Source: Ignavibacteriales bacterium
Lineage (GTDB): Bacteria; Bacteroidota; Ignavibacteria; UBA10030; UBA6906
Direction: 5' to 3'
Assembly (NCBI GenBank): GCA_037441705.1
Contig: JBBIRR010000001.1
Coordinates: 226,447 to 290,446 of the forward strand
DNA: 64,000 bases
In this document: piece by piece, positions 61,919 through 64,000 of the stretch
Position numbering within the stretch: position 1 is the stretch's first letter
How the letters are laid out: each line of letters opens with the position of its first letter
Notes under the pieces: model-generated
Seen by the model: only the letters and a program-made list of their open reading frames with translations
Told to the model about the DNA's origin: nothing
The model's database searches: none
Position numbers and translations under genes: made by a program

Positions 61919-63835
61919 ATGAAGCGTTTGGTCAGGAACCTGTGGTGTGTGTTTGTGGTCGCAGCAGGGGCGTTGCACGCCGTACGTGCCGATGACGACC
62001 CGAGTATCGTCATCACCTCACAGCCGGTCACGGTCGCTCGCGTTGGGCAGCCGTACGAGTACGACGTCGACGCCGTGGTGATTCGAGGCAGCGGCCTCAT
62101 CCTTTTCGAGCTGCGTGATGCGCCGGCGGGCATGACGATTGACCCGCTCAGCGGATTGATTCAATGGATGCCGACGCAAACGGGCGCATTTCGTGTGAAG
62201 GTGCGGGCGGAAATTGAAGATGACTCGCCCACCGATGGCGGGCATGCCGACCAGGAGTACACGCTGTTTGTGCTGAACGGCGCGCCGGCTGCGCTGCGCG
62301 GGACTGTTCGCTCGCTGTCAGGGGTTCCCGTCCCCAACGTCCGCCTTCGTCTGTTCGAAATCACGTCGGCTCATTTCGTATTTGGCACGTTCAGCGACGC
62401 GCAGGGACGCTACAGCTTTCCCTCGGTCAACCCCGGTACGTACGTCATGCGCGTGCAGCCGCGCGATAATCTCTTCGCCGATCAGTGGTACGATCGTGCA
62501 CAGCGTATCGAAGATGCGACGCCGATCCCTATCCCCGAAACGACTACCGTTACCATCAATGTAACGCTGTTGCCGCGGGATACGGTGCGTGATCGGTTCA
62601 CACTCTCAGGTACGGTGCGCGATAGCGCTGCCGCTCCGATTCATCGAGCGGCGGTGTTCATCTTTCGCGCACGTCAGCATGACGATCGGGACGCGTCGGG
62701 ATTCAACTTCGAAGGATTGGATGACCGCGATCGCGATCAGCGGCTCGAGGCAGTCGTCCTCACGGACTCTCTCGGCCGGTATCAGGCACTGCTTCGCTCG
62801 CGACGGTACATCCTAATGGCGTTCAAAGACGGATTCGACCGCCAGTTCTGGGATCACAAATCCACCATCCTCGAAGCCGATCGGCTTCGTCTCATCAGCG
62901 ACACGACAGGGATTGACTTTGATCTGCAGCGAACCGCATCGGCAAACGGGTCCATCTCCGGCACCATCACCGCTGCAGGCACAACCCAGCCTGTGTCGTC
63001 GCACGTGGTCGGGTTTCATCGTGCCACGCCGGACGGACGATTCTCGGGCTTCGTGCGTCACGCTGTAACGGACTCGGCCGGACGGTACACGCTTGCACGG
63101 CTACGGTCGGGTTTCTATATCGTGCTGGCACTGCCGCACGGAGATTTCCTCCCAACATTTTACGATACATCCGGCGGCACACTCCAGCTTGCACATGCCT
63201 TTCCCGTGCCTGTCTCGCAAGCGCCCGTCAGCGGCATCGATATCGGCGTCTTTCCGGATACGATCACCGGGATGAATCGCGTGCGTGGTATTGTTGTGCA
63301 GAACGGCCGTCCGCTGCAAGGCTCGATCATCTATGCCATCGCGCAACACAACGGCAATCCACTCGGTGCTGCAGTTTCGGAAAGCGACGGGCGCTTTGCG
63401 ATTGTGGGCCTGACGCCGGGCGCGTATCGCCTGCAAGCCATGAAACCCGGCTTCGCACAAACGATCACCACGCCGTTCACGCTCGTGCAGCAATCGGGCT
63501 TGCCTGCGACTGCAACGTCGAACATTACGCTCATCGAAAGCCCGACGGATGCGCGGCCCGGACAGGAACCCTTCGCGTTTCAGCTCATGCAGAATTACCC
63601 GAATCCTTTCAACCCATCAACCCGCATCACGTTCTCGCTTCATGTCGCTGGACTTGCGTCGCTGCAGGTATTCGACCTTCTGGGTCGGGAAGTTGCGGTG
63701 TTGGTGAATGAGGTCCTTCAACCGGACACGTACACGGTGGAATTCTCAGGATCGAATCTGGCCAGCGGCGTGTACTACTATCGTCTCAAGGCAGGCGGCT
63801 TCGTCGAGACGAGGAAGATGCTTCTGATTCGTTGA
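61919..63835 (+). CDS. Secreted multi-domain protein with carboxypeptidase-regulatory-like/Cna-B-like beta-sandwich repeats and T9SS C-terminal sorting domain
   Basis: ATG 61919 preceded by GGGAGG. Signal peptide MKRLVRNLWCVFVVAAGALHA. Repeated GxVxxxxGxPVPNVRL / ...DSAGRYTLARLRSGFY beta-sandwich units. C-terminal FQLMQNYPNPFNPSTRITFSL...GVYYYRLKAGGFVETRKMLLIR. Confidence 0.75.
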   Translation: MKRLVRNLWCVFVVAAGALHAVRADDDPSIVITSQPVTVARVGQPYEYDVDAVVIRGSGLILFELRDAPAGMTIDPLSGLIQWMPTQTGAFRVKVRAEIEDDSPTDGGHADQEYTLFVLNGAPAALRGTVRSLSGVPVPNVRLRLFEITSAHFVFGTFSDAQGRYSFPSVNPGTYVMRVQPRDNLFADQWYDRAQRIEDATPIPIPETTTVTINVTLLPRDTVRDRFTLSGTVRDSAAAPIHRAAVFIFRARQHDDRDASGFNFEGLDDRDRDQRLEAVVLTDSLGRYQALLRSRRYILMAFKDGFDRQFWDHKSTILEADRLRLISDTTGIDFDLQRTASANGSISGTITAAGTTQPVSSHVVGFHRATPDGRFSGFVRHAVTDSAGRYTLARLRSGFYIVLALPHGDFLPTFYDTSGGTLQLAHAFPVPVSQAPVSGIDIGVFPDTITGMNRVRGIVVQNGRPLQGSIIYAIAQHNGNPLGAAVSESDGRFAIVGLTPGAYRLQAMKPGFAQTITTPFTLVQQSGLPATATSNITLIESPTDARPGQEPFAFQLMQNYPNPFNPSTRITFSLHVAGLASLQVFDLLGREVAVLVNEVLQPDTYTVEFSGSNLASGVYYYRLKAGGFVETRKMLLIR

Positions 63836-63878
63836 GCAAGAGGTTTCCTTCGCAACATTCTCCGGAGGCTGACCAAAA

Positions 63879-63983
63879 AGTAGTACCACGTCATTCTGAG
63901 CCTCGTTTCTCAGAGGCGAAGAATCCAGAACCGAGCCATTTACTGGATTCGTCACTCCGCTTCGCTCCGTTCAGAATGACAAT
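63879..63983. repeat. Long imperfect inverted repeat made of two copies of a GTCATTCTGA...GCGAAG...GAATCC element, followed by a T-rich tract (REP-like; probable bidirectional terminator)
   Basis: Arm A is CGTCATTCTGAGCCTCGTTTCTCAGAGGCGAAGAATCC. Arm B (63944-63983) is GGATTCGTCACTCCGCTTCGCTCCGTTCAGAATGAC. The arms are reverse complements at their ends (GTCATTCTGA/TCAGAATGAC; GAATCC/GGATTC). TTTCTTTTTG follows. The repeat lies 44 bp after the T9SS gene stop. Confidence 0.55.
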
Positions 63984-64000
63984 GGTTTCTTTTTGTACAG

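Overview
High-GC chromosomal window from a bacterium of the Fibrobacteres-Chlorobi-Bacteroidetes type. The evidence for that lineage is three T9SS/Por C-terminal sorting domains, a Bacteroides-type sdhCAB operon, a DUF4266/DUF3570 pair, and a TonB-dependent receptor with a CarboxypepD_reg N-terminus. Coding density is high, and many long antisense shadow ORFs are GC artefacts. The ORF-track coordinates include the stop codon.

Most of the window is housekeeping or metabolic: two divergent ppk1 copies, gltA, and a beta-oxidation cluster (fadD, fadB-like, SDR, thiolase, thioesterase, acyl-CoA dehydrogenase). It also carries obg, sdhCAB, pdxB, crcB with DUF190 and an ArsC/Spx-family gene, and a polysaccharide-degradation cluster (PL10 pectate lyase, cupin, TonB receptor, SGNH hydrolase, GH17-like protein).

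The best candidate for an undescribed system is a tightly packed six-gene minus-strand operon at 2323-9652. It encodes two small OM beta-barrels, a lipoprotein combining a PD40 beta-propeller with two CxxCH haem motifs, DUF4266, the DUF3570 barrel, and a T9SS-sorted NHL beta-propeller protein.

Other notable items:
- A decayed IS200-like Y1 transposase with its catalytic Tyr codon replaced by TAG, flanked by REP-like hairpins. It sits, with a PIN-domain gene, as a low-GC insert inside the beta-oxidation operon.
- A heptamer tandem repeat array between the thiolase and thioesterase genes.
- A ParE/RelE-Phd/YefM toxin-antitoxin pair.
- A hybrid histidine kinase, an HTH-REC regulator and a stand-alone HisKA-only protein in series.
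- A single-chain AddA-like helicase fused to an Fe-S PD-(D/E)xK nuclease.
- A Y_Y_Y sensor fragment overlapping, via ATGA, a small Cys-rich signal-peptide ORF.
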